Shown: positions 1 to 13,600 of the stretch, in pieces
Layout of the letters: every line of letters begins with the position of its first letter
Numbering within the stretch: position 1 is the stretch's first letter
Translations under genes and position numbers: made by a program
Assembly (NCBI GenBank): GCA_964016885.1
Contig: OZ024740.1
Location: 213,652,001-213,716,000, forward strand
Reading direction: 5' to 3'
DNA: 64,000 bases
Source of the DNA: Eledone cirrhosa
Taxonomy: Eukaryota
The notes under the pieces: generated by a model
Told to the model about the DNA's origin: nothing
The model's database searches: none
Seen by the model: only the letters and a program-made list of their open reading frames with translations

Positions 1-171
1 CATGCCGACTATATATGCTCACTCCACTTTTCCCTTCACTGCTCTATATACACACATACACACCCTTACATTAACATATTTTTGCTCATAGCTTCGTACT
101 TACATGCACACAAACTCTTTTACTCACATACACACACACATTTCTTCTTAGCTTCGTACGGACGTATAATA

Positions 172-252
<81 letters not shown>

Positions 253-602
253 CTTACGCACGAGCTTAAGTATAGCTCTTTTTACAAAACGTTTTTTTTT
301 CATTTCAGGTAGACGCGCTCCATCATCCACTTTTCTAAAACATAAATCATACACAAAACGCCAGCACCAACAGTTTTGCAAGAGATGTCAACATAAATGG
401 ACCTGTTATTTCTATCTAAAGACATTTTTTCCAATTTCATCCCACCCGTCCCCTCAATCTATCTTATTTGTCATTCTTTCTTCTGATGAAAGCCTAGTGT
501 CCGAAACGTTCAGACCCTCTTCCTGCTATATCAAGCGTTAACCTAATATATCCCTTCCATATACTGTACCGATTGTGTTGTTATTTATGTTTACCTTTTA
601 CA
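1..602 (+). mobile_element. 3' terminal (pLTR-like) part of a Penelope-like element with hammerhead motif, ending at (TA)n
   Basis: CA-rich tail, HHR core at 483-513; the same terminus recurs inverted at ~5762-5860, ~47850-48000 and ~51735-51785. Confidence 0.6.
476..514 (+). ncRNA. minimal type-I hammerhead ribozyme motif
   Basis: CTGATGA(483)-AAGCCTAGTGTCC-GAAAC-GTTC; stem II imperfect here but intact in the sister copy at 47937-47972. Confidence 0.6.
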
Positions 603-698
603 TATATATAGTAATAATAATAAATTTGAAGACTAAAATCCAAAGAGGGCTCAATAAGGATAAATATATATCAAATATATAAGAACCCTAGAGCAAAT

Positions 699-838
699 AT
701 TTATTAAAATAACAGATTAAAGTTTAAGCAAAGAATCGCTGCTTTCACCCTTAACGGGATCTTCTTAAACGTTTCAGAAGATCCCGTTAAGGGTGAAAGC
801 AGCGATTCTTTGCTTAAACTTTAATCTGTTATTTTAAT

Positions 839-841
<3 letters not shown>
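699..841. repeat. near-perfect palindrome with ~65-bp arms carrying a decayed hammerhead-like half
   Basis: TTTATTAAAATAACAG...GGGATCTTCT / AGAAGATCCC...CTGTTATTTTAATAAA; GATCCCGTTAAGGGTGAAA resembles the HHR at 37461. Confidence 0.85.
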
Positions 842-895
<54 letters not shown>

Positions 896-961
896 ATAAA
901 AAAAATTTCACTCTACATGGCTGAATACAATAAATGTAATCTGAGTTTTTCGAATATTAAT

Positions 962-1153
962 AATTGTTTCTACTTTTTGGCACAAGGCCAGCAAATTACC
1001 CAGTACATTACTGGTACTTTATTTTATCGACCCCGTAAGGATGAAAGGCAAAGTTAACCTCGGCGGGATTTGAACTCAGAATGGCAAGGGCCGTAACTCT
1101 ATGCGTCAAAGCATGGCGTCCGACCCTCTACCGGTACTGCCAACTCACCGCCC
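962..1153 (-). mobile_element. tRNA-derived SINE (octopus-type)
   Basis: minus strand has B-box GAGTTCAAATCCC and core CTTTGCCTTTCATCCTTACGGGGTCGATAAAATAAAGTACCAG; about ten copies in the window. Confidence 0.85.
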
Positions 1154-1386
1154 TTCGAATATTAATAATAACATTCGATTCGTTTGCAATTATGCAAAGA
1201 AGCCTCATTTTTAAAGCCATGTCAGTACAACGAACTCTTCATCCTTGCTCTTGTGTTGGCATGTAAACAGAACTGCAGACACTAATGTTTCTGGGTATCA
1301 CGCTTCATCAGTACAGCTCACTGTTCACCTGCCAACTGTCAGAGCTAGTGAAAATATATGCTATTTTCATAAAATATACAGAGACC

Positions 1387-1510
1387 GATCGGCCTGATTT
1401 GCATACCAGCAGAGTGGCTGATCAGTCATATTTGCATATTAGCAGTTCCATTGATCAGCCAGATTTGCATATCAGCAGAAAGAGAGAGAAAAGGTGAGAT
1501 TATAAATAGC
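1387..1510 (+). promoter_or_regulatory. three 33-bp repeats each with an octamer ATTTGCAT, followed by a TATA box
   Basis: ATTTGCAT at 1397, 1430, 1463; TATAAAT at 1501. Confidence 0.35.
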
Positions 1511-1766
1511 ACGGAAAATATATTTAAGGGCCTGCTTTTTTTTTTCCCTTTTCTTTGATTCGTCAAAGTGACATTATTGAAAAAGATGAGAGGGACAATA
1601 AAAAAAAAAAACAGTTTTATAATGTATATAAAGTATAACCGGTTTCGATGTAATATTAAAATTCATTTTATCAAATGTTGAGTATTACAATTAAAATGAA
1701 TTAAAAACTAAAAATTAAGTGTTGAGGTAAGCTTTTTCACAATGGATAAATGTATGTATATATGTA

Positions 1767-1824
<58 letters not shown>

Positions 1825-1844
1825 GTAAGAGGTGAGTTTTATTG

Positions 1845-2871
1845 TAGTACAATCTTTCTACCTTATTTCAATGTTATTTATTATACATTATATAATACTA
1901 GTTACTCATTCTATATCACTCCTATTTATCACTTCCCTTTCTTTTTTTTTTCTTTTTTCTTTTAATTTCTAACCTCTAATCTGTACCTTTCCTTCCTAGA
2001 TACTTCTCAATTCTCATTATTACTCACCACAATATATCCACTCTTCCTTCTTCCATCCTATCACTGGCCATAAAATTTACTATTACTCTTTTAAATACTT
2101 TATACTATCACCTTGAAAAATCCTTCGTAAACATAAACATTTTTTTTGACGTTAGATTATACATCCTCAATTCATTATTTTTTCTCCCTTTCATACTCAT
2201 CTAACTTCTATATATTACACATATTCATCCACTCTTCTACTTCTTTTCACAATATATCCTTAATTATATTACTATTTTTATATTTTTTTAATAATACATA
2301 TCAACAATTTCTTTCCATCGCACATATTATTAAACCCTTCAATATTCAACCTTAACTCAATATTATTCTTAATACACATTAACAATTTCTTTTCATCGCA
2401 CATATTATTAAACCCTTCAATACACAAACCTTAATTTAACATTTTTTCTCTTCGTTAATTTTCAAATTCTTTTAATTTATATATTATCTTCCAACGGTTT
2501 TTTAACCTCTCTCTGTAAAACAATATATTTTTCTCAGTTATAAAAGCTATCTATCTCTCTCTATCACCCATCTCTCCTCCTATCTCATCCTTCCTTATTA
2601 TACTCCTCTCCCTCCATTTTTTACTCTCATCTCCTCCTCTTTTTCATCCTTTCCAACCTCCCCCTCAATTTTTTTCCCAATATCACACATCAATCTAAAA
2701 CTACTTTTCATATGTTGAATTAAAATTACACTATTCACAAGTGTTTTTTAACCTTCATATCATGTCTCCCTATTTTATCTGACGAAAACGCAAATGTCAT
2801 CGCATGATGATATTTGTTTTTGAAATGCGCATAATAAAATACATGGAACTCTTTTAACCATCTTTTGATCT

Positions 2872-2875
<4 letters not shown>
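1845..2875 (+). mobile_element. 3' UTR/pLTR fragment of the Naiad-like Penelope element
   Basis: collinear with ~36175-37140; terminal HHR; bounded by (TA)n. Confidence 0.75.
2771..2841 (+). ncRNA. type-I hammerhead ribozyme motif
   Basis: TATTTTAT-CTGACGA-long stem II-GAAAT-GCGC-ATA-ATAAAATA; 8-bp stem I. Confidence 0.75.
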
Positions 2876-2930
<55 letters not shown>

Positions 2931-3568
2931 ATAGGAAAATGCGAAGTAGTTTCAGATGTTAAAGTCCTTCATTGATAATGCTGTGATACATATTTCAATG
3001 ACGACAGTGGCCACACGATTCCGTGTACCCAGTGCCATGACATCATCAGACAGCTTCTTACATAATAAGGTTACGTTCCCGAGGCAATCCAAATTGAAAC
3101 GACAAGGGAACGGACAAGGCGTTCTCTTATATATATACATGTGTGTGTGTGTATGTGTGCGAGCGGGTGGACGTGTGTGCACATAGATATACATGTGTAT
3201 GTGAGTACGTGCGTGCCAGATATGTGAGAGTACGTTCGTATTTGTCTTGTTTCATATCATGTCCATAGTATAATGTTCCTCTTTCCCCTACCTGTCAACA
3301 TCAACGGATCCTAAGTACGACTCATAGCCTAACGAGGACTTCAAACAAGTGTGGCTGTGGAAGACAGGCAGACAGTTTTTCACGCATGAATGCACGCGAC
3401 GACTTGCCCGGATGAAGGATAGACGTTGTTTTGTAAATAAACCAATTATATGATTGATAACGAACCAATGAGCGAAGACCGCGGAATACCACGTTGATGG
3501 AATGTGGTAAATATAAGAAGGAATTGAGAGATATTCATACACCATCAAAGACAAGCTTACACATTGAA

Positions 3569-3660
3569 ACATATCTGAGGATCTTTCGATTCCAGAGTCA
3601 AGTTCGATCAATAATAGATCGTTCCTCGAGCTGATCGACAGTGAAACATATGTAATATGT
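3569..3660 (+). ncRNA. type-I hammerhead motif with extended stem II
   Basis: ACATAT-CTGAGGA-~60 nt structured insert-GAAAC-ATAT-GTA-ATATGT. Confidence 0.7.
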
Positions 3661-4045
3661 TATTAAATATGTTATGTGATGCAACAATGATTCTTAGTTC
3701 CTTTATTCTTATACTATATATATGTTGATGTTGACTTTAATTTTTTCTCTCTCTCCGAGTTGCTCACATACATGTCCTTCGTATTTCCCCCTTCAGTTTG
3801 TTGTTTCCCGTTTTTTACCTGTTTTTTCCTTTTTCTTCCCTTTTCCCTTCTGTTATATATATCCCCCCCCCCCAATAACTTCCTTTAGTTATTGACGCAC
3901 TGGGGTTAGATATCATGTCTTTAATACGTAGAAATATCTATGATCCCCAGCAGACAATTGATGAAGGAACATTTTCTCCTGTTCGTGCCTTCCTCTTATT
4001 TATAAATACACCTTATCTAGCAATTACACAGCCCCTGTTTCTTCT

Positions 4046-4091
<46 letters not shown>

Positions 4092-4225
4092 TATTAGGGA
4101 GAGGATCAGGGGTGTATAACACTCCACTTATCCAACAGGCAGTATAAGGTTAGCTCGATGTCTGAGGACAGAGCCGTGATATAATCAATAACAAAGAACG
4201 CCTATGGCATATGCATATCCTTACT

Positions 4226-4271
4226 TGCTAACATTGTTTCATCCGCACTATAAGTGGGACTCATCAGAGCA
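4226..4271 (-). ncRNA. type-I hammerhead ribozyme motif
   Basis: minus strand TGCT-CTGATGA-GTCCCACTTATAGTGCGGAT-GAAAC-AAT-GTT-AGCA. Confidence 0.75.
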
Positions 4272-4914
4272 TAAAGGTTGATTACATATCACACAAGCAA
4301 TAACAAATCCAAGACATTGAAGAAATAAAGAATAAAAAATAATAAAAGATAACAAATATAAAAAATATTGAGGAAGTAAAAATAAAAATAAACATTGAAA
4401 AATAAACATTGAAAAATAATTGAAAAATAAGGGGTGCTATCAGTCACAGTTGGGCGGGGTGCTGTCAACATATAGTTACATACAAGCATACACATGGATA
4501 AGAGAACAGACAAGAATAGATAAGATAGATAGGAGTAGGTAAGAATAGATAAAAAATAGGTGAAAAATAGGTAAAAAATAGACATATAATATATATAAGA
4601 AAATATAAAAAACATACATATAAAATATACAGATAATAGTGATACAGGGTAAGGAATGAAATAAAATAAAATAAAATAAAATTAAAATTAAAATTATATA
4701 AAATAAAATATAATATAATATAATAATAAAATAAGATAAAATAAAATAAAATAAAATAAAATAAAATAAAATAAACTAAAATAAAATAATATAATATAAG
4801 ATATAATTAAATTAAATTAAATAAATAAAATTAAATAAAATGAAATGAAATAAAACAAAATAAAATAAAATAAAGTAAATTGAGATAAGATATATATTTT
4901 TTAAATATATTTCT

Positions 4915-5720
4915 TGAATACATCAGGGGCCCACGAAGGCCCTAAGTGTCACAGTTATCAGTATCACTTGACCATTGCAATGCAATGGAGACGTCCCAGG
5001 TTGGGCAGTCTCAAAAGTTCACTCGAAAGTCACGGGTGTGCATTCACACAGTTGAGCGGTGGGGTAATCACAAACCGGTTCACACCCGGGCAGGAGTCCA
5101 ATGGTCAACAGAGGTACATCGAAGGAAGGTAGGAGAATTCACGTGCAGCAGCAAGAGGCAGACAAGTGGGCCGAAAGCAAGCAGGTGCAGGCGGGCTAGC
5201 CGAAAGCAAGCAAATACAGTTGGGTCAGGCGGGTTAATATGCATACTCAACAGCGCATACAAAAGATATATAAAAAATAGCTTCAAGAGCCAATATCATG
5301 AAGTCACCGCATTGGGACATCTCAAGATTATACACACCAATATGTTCTGCACGTATATGCACATATACACACCACATGCATATGCAGAGGCGGTATACAT
5401 ATATATATATTTTTATATACAGACATATACAACCACCTACACCCATGCACATATAAATGTATACACAGACACACACGCACACACACACAGCGTAGGACAC
5501 CCAGTTCCAGTTCCTCAGTGAAATAACAACCCAACCAGGAACTGGGCATATCAGAGTATTGACAATATTATACACCTCAACAACATATGTACTTGTCTAT
5601 ACCATACTAATTCAAACTGCCTGAAGAGGTCACAGCCAAAGATGGCTGTCACTGAAATATATATAGCAGTAATAAACGAAGCTAAATTTTAATCATTTGA
5701 CTTTTTATTTAACTTTATTT
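4915..5720 (+). mobile_element. degenerate Penelope-like 3' fragment (possible GIY-YIG remnant plus HHR)
   Basis: VGQSQKFTR motif resembles Y(I/V)GQ(T/S); downstream HHR and AATAAA before TA tract. Confidence 0.4.
5616..5670 (+). ncRNA. type-I hammerhead ribozyme motif
   Basis: ACTGC-CTGAAGA-GGTCACAGCCA/TGGCTGTCACT-GAAAT-ATAT-ATA-GCAGT. Confidence 0.75.
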
Positions 5721-5892
5721 TATATATACATATACACATGTATGTATGTATGTATGTATGTAAAAGGTAAACAGATATAACAACACAATCGGTACAGTAT
5801 ATGGAAGGAATATATTAGGTTGACGCTTGATATAGCAGGAAGAGGGTCTTAACGTTTTGGAATATTAGTGGAAGGTCTCATATCGTGTGCAT

Positions 5893-5972
5893 GTCGCAAT
5901 GGTGTATTGATAGCACAGCTGTCCTGCAGATGTGGGTTCGATTCCCACAGGTGGTCCTATTCTCTTTTTTTG
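5893..5972 (+). pseudogene. tRNA-like sequence (degenerate tRNA or SINE head)
   Basis: A-box-like TGGTGTATTGATAG, T-arm GTGGGTTCGATTCCCAC, downstream T run; anticodon arm shortened. Confidence 0.4.
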
Positions 5973-6256
5973 CTACGGGGTTTATATGCCCACTTTGTTC
6001 GGCTATTTTTCATTGTAGCAGTTAGACAATAGTCTAACATACTTTCAAAATTCAAATTTGCTCAACGCTTCGTAAAACGATGGATTATTTAAATAGGTAA
6101 TTAATTTTATTTTACAAGTTTTTCATTTGTAATCCGAAGTTCCCTGACACACCCACCTCCCACTAGTACGTGGTGCCACGAGTGACTTCCCGAGTTACCT
6201 GCACCTTCGACTGGACTTCCATATACGTTCCAGTTTCTGAATCACAGAGGGGGCTT

Positions 6257-6400
6257 ACTCTCAGGTCCCAAATAATAGGGGATGGTGGTGGAACAAGCGC
6301 AGGGTGGAGGGGAAATCGGTAATTTTTCCAGGTTGTCTCCGTTGATTTTTTAAAAACCAGAATTAGTCGTTTAGTTTACATATTGAGACTCCAACTCATA
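6257..6400. mobile_element. partial MITE related to 53200-53543
   Basis: starts TACTCTCAGGTCCCAAATAAT and matches the reverse complement of ~53405-53543. Confidence 0.6.
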
Positions 6401-6557
6401 ACACACTTTATGTGATCCAATCGAAACACTTCGTTTAAGATATTTTAAACAAATGATACACATTCAGTGGAATTTCTTTTGAAAGTTATTTACTCAGCAA
6501 TAATTTTTTTTTAACGGTTCACAAACATTTATTTACAATAGTTTATAACTTTGCCTA

Positions 6558-6830
6558 TTAATCCGTATGGTGAGCAAATGGGATCCCACGTGCTGGCCTC
6601 CCCACAGCCCCGGCAGACAGGATGGAGAAGGTGTTTCCCCGGAGGATGGTAAAGGAGATGCGCTGGAAGAGCCATTCCAACTCGCGAAGCTCACACTTGC
6701 GGCTGGCTAGCTCAGCGCCTATGGTGGTGAATAGGGAGGTAGCCCTAGGGCCAAGGACACCAGAAGTATCCACTGCCAAGGGCATGACCACGAACCTGTC
6801 GGAGAGCGACCGGTACTTGGAGAGTTGGCC
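6558..6830 (-). pseudogene. C-terminal restriction-like endonuclease fragment of a CRE-type non-LTR retrotransposon
   Basis: PLAVDTSGVLGP...EWLFQRISFTILRGNTFSIL fits the PxxxETxGxxG...LxQRxSxAxxRGNA pattern. Confidence 0.6.
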
Positions 6831-7065
6831 TCCTCAGCCCGACGTGCAGCAGTACTTGGGTTAATCGCATTGCCTGCTAAGTTGAAATTCTTTCCTTACC
6901 CTGTATGTACATACTGTCCTCTAAATAGTCACCCAATTTTCTAGGTTTGTAGTTATTTTACAATGTTTAAGCACCAAACATTGAAACAAATAATCTATTA
7001 TTGCAGCAATATAAATTAAATAATAAATAACTACACTGTCTCAGTGTGAGAGTGTGTCTGTGAAA

Positions 7066-7300
7066 CATATACATCAGATCTGAACACAAAGGAACCAAAC
7101 TCCCACTGTCACTGCCTCCGTCTCTCCTGCTCTCCCCATCTCTCATATACATCAGGTCACAACACAAAGGAACCAAACTCTCGCCGTCACTGCCTCCGTT
7201 TCTCCCACTCTCCCCATCTCTCATATACATCAGGTCTGAACACAAAGGAACCAAACTCTCACTGTCACTGCCTCTGTCTCTTTCGCTCTCCCCGTCTCTC
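7066..7300. repeat. 78-bp tandem repeat x3 at the 3' end of a CRE-type fragment
   Basis: unit ATATACATCAGGTCTGAACACAAAGGAACCAAACTC...CTCTCCCCATCTCTC. Confidence 0.85.
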
Positions 7301-7550
7301 ACTATTATGAGCAAATGAGGGCTCACGCACAGGCCGCCTCGCGGCCACAGTGGACAGAAAGGAGAAGGCGTTTCCCCTGAGGATGGTGAGGAAGACGTGG
7401 TGGTGGAAGAGCTATTCCAGCTCGTGAGCTCACACCTGCAGGTAGCCAACACTGTGCCGATGGTGCTGAGTAGGGAGGTGGTCCTAGGGCCAAGGACACC
7501 AGAAGTCTCCACTGCTACGGGCCGACCGCAAACCTGTCGGAGAGCAACCG
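7300..7550 (-). pseudogene. second CRE-type REL 3' fragment
   Basis: PVAVETSGVLGPRTTSLLSTIG, similar to 6558-6830. Confidence 0.55.
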
Positions 7551-7585
7551 AAATTTTTAGCATTTCTCTGTCAAGCCATAATATT

Positions 7586-7697
7586 TGTTTCTTCTTGTGG
7601 CACAAGGCCAGCAATTTGAAGGGAAGGGGAATATCGACCCCAGTACGTTACTGATACTTTATTTCACCGATCCCAGTAAGGATGAAAGGCAAAACTA
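7586..7697 (-). mobile_element. truncated SINE copy
   Basis: GGCACAAGGCCAGCAATT...GGATGAAAGGCAAA. Confidence 0.7.
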
Positions 7698-8204
7698 ACT
7701 ATATATAATCTAATCTGGCCGAGTTTACACTCGCAAATAAGAAGAACCAGGGCCGCCTCTAGGAGCATTGGATTTGGTGTATTTCATATTTGTTTCGGTT
7801 GCTGAATGCAATCAAGGGTCGCTGTTTCTCTTCTAACTCGAGCGAGAGCGCCTTTTCATTGTCAATTTGCCGCATTTTTCTCAGAACCACTGCACCAGTC
7901 TTTTGATGCGTGCAGCTGGAACTACTGCTACCCATTGATTTGGCAGGATTTTTTTTTTATTTTTAGATACTGCAGCTGGAGAAACTAATAATAATTTTAT
8001 TTTACATTAAAAAACAACCATTATATATATGACAAAAAAACAAACATTACAAGAAATCCCATATTTACGAACGTACACTACAATTCCCGATTTCCCAAGC
8101 CCCTCCCCCCACCATTATTGCCACCCCTCCTATTATTTGGGACCCAAGGGTGCCACCAAAATCACCTCCTCTCTGTCTTCCACGACACCGCCTCTCTTAT
8201 CTCA

Positions 8205-8670
8205 CTCTTTATATCTAAGACTAATACATTCTCTCACTCTCTATAAATATCAACACTTAACTCTCCCAATCCCCTCTGTATATCAATCACCCCTAAACTC
8301 ACCCCCTCTCTATATCAACTACACAGGACTCTCTTCCAACGCCCCTCCCTCTATCAATTAACATTAAACTATCCCCCTCTCTTATCTATCACTACCAAAC
8401 TCTCGCCCTCTCTATATCTAACAATACCTATCTCTATCAATCCTCTCACTCTATTTATTACCATCAAACTCTCTACATCAACCATACAACATACTCTCCC
8501 AATACCCCTCTCTATATCAATTTATAAACTTTCCCCCTCTCTATATCTATTACACCGAACTCTCTTCCAATACCCCTCACTATATCAATAAACATCAATC
8601 TCTTCCCCTCTTTATATCTAATGTACAACACACTCTCCCGACCCCCCCCCCCCTCACTATATCAATTACC
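8205..8670. repeat. loose C/T-rich minisatellite, resumed at ~14353-14500 beyond the Tx1 insertion
   Basis: recurring CCCTCTCTATATCAA-type units on both flanks of copy A. Confidence 0.65.
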
Positions 8671-8851
8671 ACTTGATATAGACGTGATTTACTTTGCTCC
8701 GGATTTTTGCGGATTGTTGTCAAAAAAACTGTGAGTTTATTGATCAATTTAATAACATTGTTTGGTTTAGCCCCTTGCCTTGGCCGTCAGACGTTAAGTC
8801 AACAAATTTTCAATTTTCAATTTTCATCTAAAAACTGTAGACTTGGTGGCA

Positions 8852-10631
8852 ATGGATGCCATTTCCACCTCGCACACTGTCGTGAGTGCCACGCCCACTA
8901 AGAAAAGTGATGGAGGGAAGGTAGGAGTACAAATCTTGCAGCCGTCCCCCCTCGTATCATCGAAAAACGTGGAAAATATCGAAACCGCGAAACCAAACTC
9001 GGTAAATAATACCAGCACCAACAGCAAGAACAATGACAATAACATCACAACCAACAACTGCAACAATAGCAACACCAATATTACCAACAGTGACAGTAAC
9101 ACGAAAGACAACAACACCAAAACAACATTTGCACAGACCGTAAAAAAAACGAACTATACACGCCAATAGACATAACAAATGCTAAACAACTATTACAAGA
9201 CGCAAAACAATTCGTGACTTTTGGCGAAAACGGTGCTTTTAGCATCAATTCTCCACAGGAATTACGTAGAGAGGCTGTCCTGAAAACTGTGGTTTTCAGG
9301 ACAATATCGAACGTAACAAGAAAACCAGCTCAATTATCACAAAATGAAATTGAGCTGGTTCTAAAAGACGCAATGAAGGACTTAACCTTCATACAAAAAG
9401 GTAAACTGTTTGGTAGCATTTCGGTGCTGATAAACAACCAGTCAACAGCTCAAAAGTACTCGATAGCACCCATTGTGTCCCCCCACTTCACCTTTTACCC
9501 CACATACAGGGGAAAAAGGACACAAAGAATAAAAATAATGAGTATCACACCAAATGTAAACATTTGGTGGAGACTATGTGGAATAATAAACTTTGACGAA
9601 GACAAGATAATTTCAATAGGAAAGTCCTCCGGAGGTGTATTTGGTGGGACCACCGTAGAAGTTCTGGTGCAAATGAGCCCAGAACGAATAGCGAATATCC
9701 CACAACGCGTGCCTCTGGACGGGCTAACTTATATAAACATTTCAGTGGAGGGAAGGCGGCCGTCATGTTACCACTGCTTAAGCATGGGTCACCTGAGGGC
9801 TGCCTGTCCTCAATTAACGAGTAAAAAAAAAAGGCTCTTCTGCCAACCCCGAACACAACAACACAACCACCACCACCACCACCACCACCACCACAACAAC
9901 AACACGGAAAAATAACAACACAAAACACTGTTCCACCCAACCCCTCCCCACCTAAAACAAATACAAAAGCAACCACAACAAAACCCCAAAATATACCCCT
10001 CCCCAACAACACGGAAGAGGACTCCGTATCAACGTCACCCAGTGACGACGAGGGAGAACCCTTTCAACAGGTGAAAAGGAAAAAAAAAAGGCACCACATT
10101 AACAAAAATGCCACAAACACACAACCACCAGCACAAACAGAACAAACAGAACAAATAAAAAAACCCACCCCTCCCCAAAACATAACACGTACTACAAAAC
10201 GCAAACACCCGCAAGAACAACAAACAAAAACAAACACAACACAACAAAAACTCTATACATACATTAACAAGAACAATAAAACGTTGATGAAAGCGATAGA
10301 AAATAACCCTTCGGTGGAAACCGAAGGGATCACTTTCACCTACGCAGCGAACAAACCGCACGCAATGATGATTAGGGTCCCAACGGAAACCTATGTAACT
10401 TTGAAAAAGAACCATCTAATGCATGTGGGGACCAACTGCACCAAACCACATAACAGCGTCCTATTGAGATGTTTCCCCACCCCCAAACCAGACACCCACA
10501 CCCCACCAAACACCCTAATCCCACCACACACTGATGTCCTCACCCCACCACAAACCACCACCCCACCAAACAACCCTTCCAACACCCCCATGGAAATTGT
10601 GCAGCCTGGTCCCCAGGAGACGAAGAGGTAA
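8852..10631 (+). pseudogene. Tx1 ORF1, disrupted: Asn/Thr-rich N-terminus, CCHC knuckle, Pro/Thr-rich tail
   Basis: ORF pieces 8843-9169, 9214-9915 (CYHCLSMGHLRAAC) and 10071-10631. Confidence 0.8.
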
Positions 10632-10673
10632 GTAATTTCCTTTCCTCTTCCTTTTTACCTCTTCAGCACCAAC

Positions 10674-13600
10674 ATGGCCAATATAAGAGTTGGATGTGTG
10701 AATGCACGCGGCTTGGGGATGTCCTGGAAACAGGGCAAACTCTTAAATAACCTCAGGTCGCACAGAGTGGATGTAATGGTTATTTGCGAGTCCAGGATCA
10801 GCAGCGAACGCCAACTGGCCCCCATCTTCGACGACTTTGAGATCTACGCATCTCTCTGTCAGCCGAGGGGTGGGGGTGGGGTTGTCGTTCTGCTGCGAAA
10901 ATACCTGGGTCTTGCCACACAGAAGGTACACCTGGACCCGGAGGGTCGACTGGTGGTTTTAGACGTCGGCAGTGGTGAAGGTGGAGCTTTCAGGCTGGTG
11001 GCAGCGTATGCCCCATCGGGGACACCGCGACCGGACTTCTTCCGACGCCTGGAGAATTTCCTGGGAACGTCTCGCTCCTTACTTTTAGTGGGGGACTGGA
11101 ATGGTATCCTGGATGCACGTTGGGACTATGTAGGGGCATGTCCCGATAGAGGGGGTGTAACAGCCTCAAACGATTAATCGGCCGATTTGATCTGGCCGAT
11201 AGATATCGACTGGATTTTCCGACTGTGCCACGGTGGACGTGGAGTAATCGCAGCGGAACATCCAGGTCGTACCTAGATAGGTTCCTAGTTAGAAATAAGG
11301 ATAGGGACATATTAAGCTGTCCACGAATGTTCATGGTTGACTATTCGGATCACAAGTTGTTGACCGGAGTGGTCAACCTTGATAGAACGCATAGACAGGG
11401 ACCCGGTTACTGGAAGCTAAACTTGTCTTTACCGACAAACAAAGCTTACAGTAAGCGGATTAGCACACTAGTTAAGCAGCGTTTGACGGGGGCAATTGTC
11501 AACAACAGGTGGTGGGGCTCTCTCAAGAGAGCAATTAGAATAGAATCGATAGGTTTTAGTCGGGAATTAGCATCAGATAGGAATAGAACTGAAAGGGAAT
11601 TAACAAATAGAGTAGAAGAGGCGATTAGGAGTGGCAACGTGGCCGGCGTGCTGGCGTCATGAACGGCGCTAGACCAGTTCTTTGATGCGAAGCACGAGGG
11701 CTGCGTTAACAGGAGTAAAATACGTGCTCTGGGTAACGAGGGAGCCAAAGCTGTTAGCTGGGCCCGAGTGACAGAGGCAAAAAGTGGAAACAAGTCCACG
11801 ATTCGGTCTTTGAAGGACCAGGATGGACGCGTGATCCTTGAACCTGAGCGGATGAGCGCGGCCTTTCAACGGCGCTTTGCACGGCTGTTCGGGAGGGGCG
11901 GTGGGCCGGGTGGGGCCATGGATTTCGATCCATACCTCGACGGTCTGGCGCGGCTCTCGGACGGGGAGGCGAAGTCCTGCGAGAAGCCGATTTCAGCCGC
12001 TGAAATAGGGGAAGCGCTGAGCCAATGCGGCAAACGCAAATCTCCGGGTCTCGATGGTCTACCATACGAACTTTATGTAGCGATGCCGGGCTTGTTCTCC
12101 GGTCTCCTCGAGGCGGTCTACTGCAACTGGCAACAGAACGGGTGAATTCCCAGTTCTGTGACCAAGGGCGTAGTCACGTTGGTGAGGAAGGACGAGAACA
12201 AGGGGGATGACATAGATAACTTCAGGCCCATAACTCTGCTAAACACAGAGTTAAAGATTTTGGCCAAGGTGTTAGCAAAGAGGTTGTCGCTTGTCGTCGG
12301 GAACCTGGTGGGAGAAGCGCAGACATGCGCAATCCCATCCAGGTCCATACACGACAACCTCCACCTCATGCGATACATCGTAGAGAGGGTATGGAACGAA
12401 CCCGGCTTTGGTGGGGCCCTGATCAACTTGGATCAATCTAAAGCGTTCGATAGGGTTGACCATCGCTACCTGGATGCGGTGCTCGCGGCGGCAGGCTTCG
12501 GACCCGTTTTCAGGGGCTGGATTGCTGCAATGCACAGCAGCAACACCTGCTCGAGGGTCAAGGTGAACGGCTACCTCTCGGAGCCGTTCCAAATCACGCG
12601 ATCCATTCGACAGGGATGCCCTCTCTCCTCCCTCCTGTATGTGCTGGCTCTCGAGCCACTACTGAGGAAGCCGGAGCTGTTGCAGGGCATTCCCTTGGAA
12701 CCGGGATTGCGGAAGGCGGTGTCGGCCTACGCCGATGACGTGACAGTAATGGTGTCGTGCGCCTCGGAAATCGGGCAGATCGGCACCTTACTGGAGGAAT
12801 ATGAAAGGTTCACAGGAGCCAAGCTGAACCGGGACAAGTCCGTCGGTTTGCAACTCGGGACGTGGAGGGGCAAAACGATGCCCTCCGATGGCATCGTCGG
12901 ACGCTGGACGGAGGGACCGGTGAAGCTGCTCGGGGTCTGGTTCGGACCGGACCTCCAGGTGGAGAAAAACTGGGACGAGGTAATGGGCAAGGTGTTTGCA
13001 CTCGCCCAGAAGTGGGCCGAGTGCAAACTATCCCTGAAAGGTCGAGCGGAGGTGGCGAACGCTTATATAGCGTCCGTCATCTACTACCGCTTGACCGTCG
13101 TGCCTTGTCCAGAGAAAACACTCGCCAAAATGGAGCGCGCGCTCTTCCGATTTCTTTGGAAGAAGCGGGCTCCTTTGGTGAGAAGATCCATCTGCTGTCA
13201 ACACCCTTCGAACGGAGGGCTGGGGATACCGTGGCTAATGATGCGTAGACACGCATTAAGGCTACGGCACCTCCAGGTATTCCTCACCGGTCAGCCGGTG
13301 TGGGGACTGTTTGTGAGGCGAGCCTTTCCGAGACTCGTCTCACTCACCGAGCTGCAATCCTGGGTCAAGCAAAGACCGAGAAAAGTGGGCGACTGGCACA
13401 TTGAATGTGCCCAGGCGCTCACGGCCCTCTGGCAAGCGGATCCGGCAATCAGTGGAGATTCAACCTCAACATTCTATAGAGGGTTGGTGCGCAGTAAGTG
13501 CGACGACGCTCTCGGAGAGGCTCTGGGCATGGAGGAAGACGAGCTGGCCAGTCTGTTCGGTAGGACGTTTGGCCTGGGACCGATGGACAACTTCCAAAAG

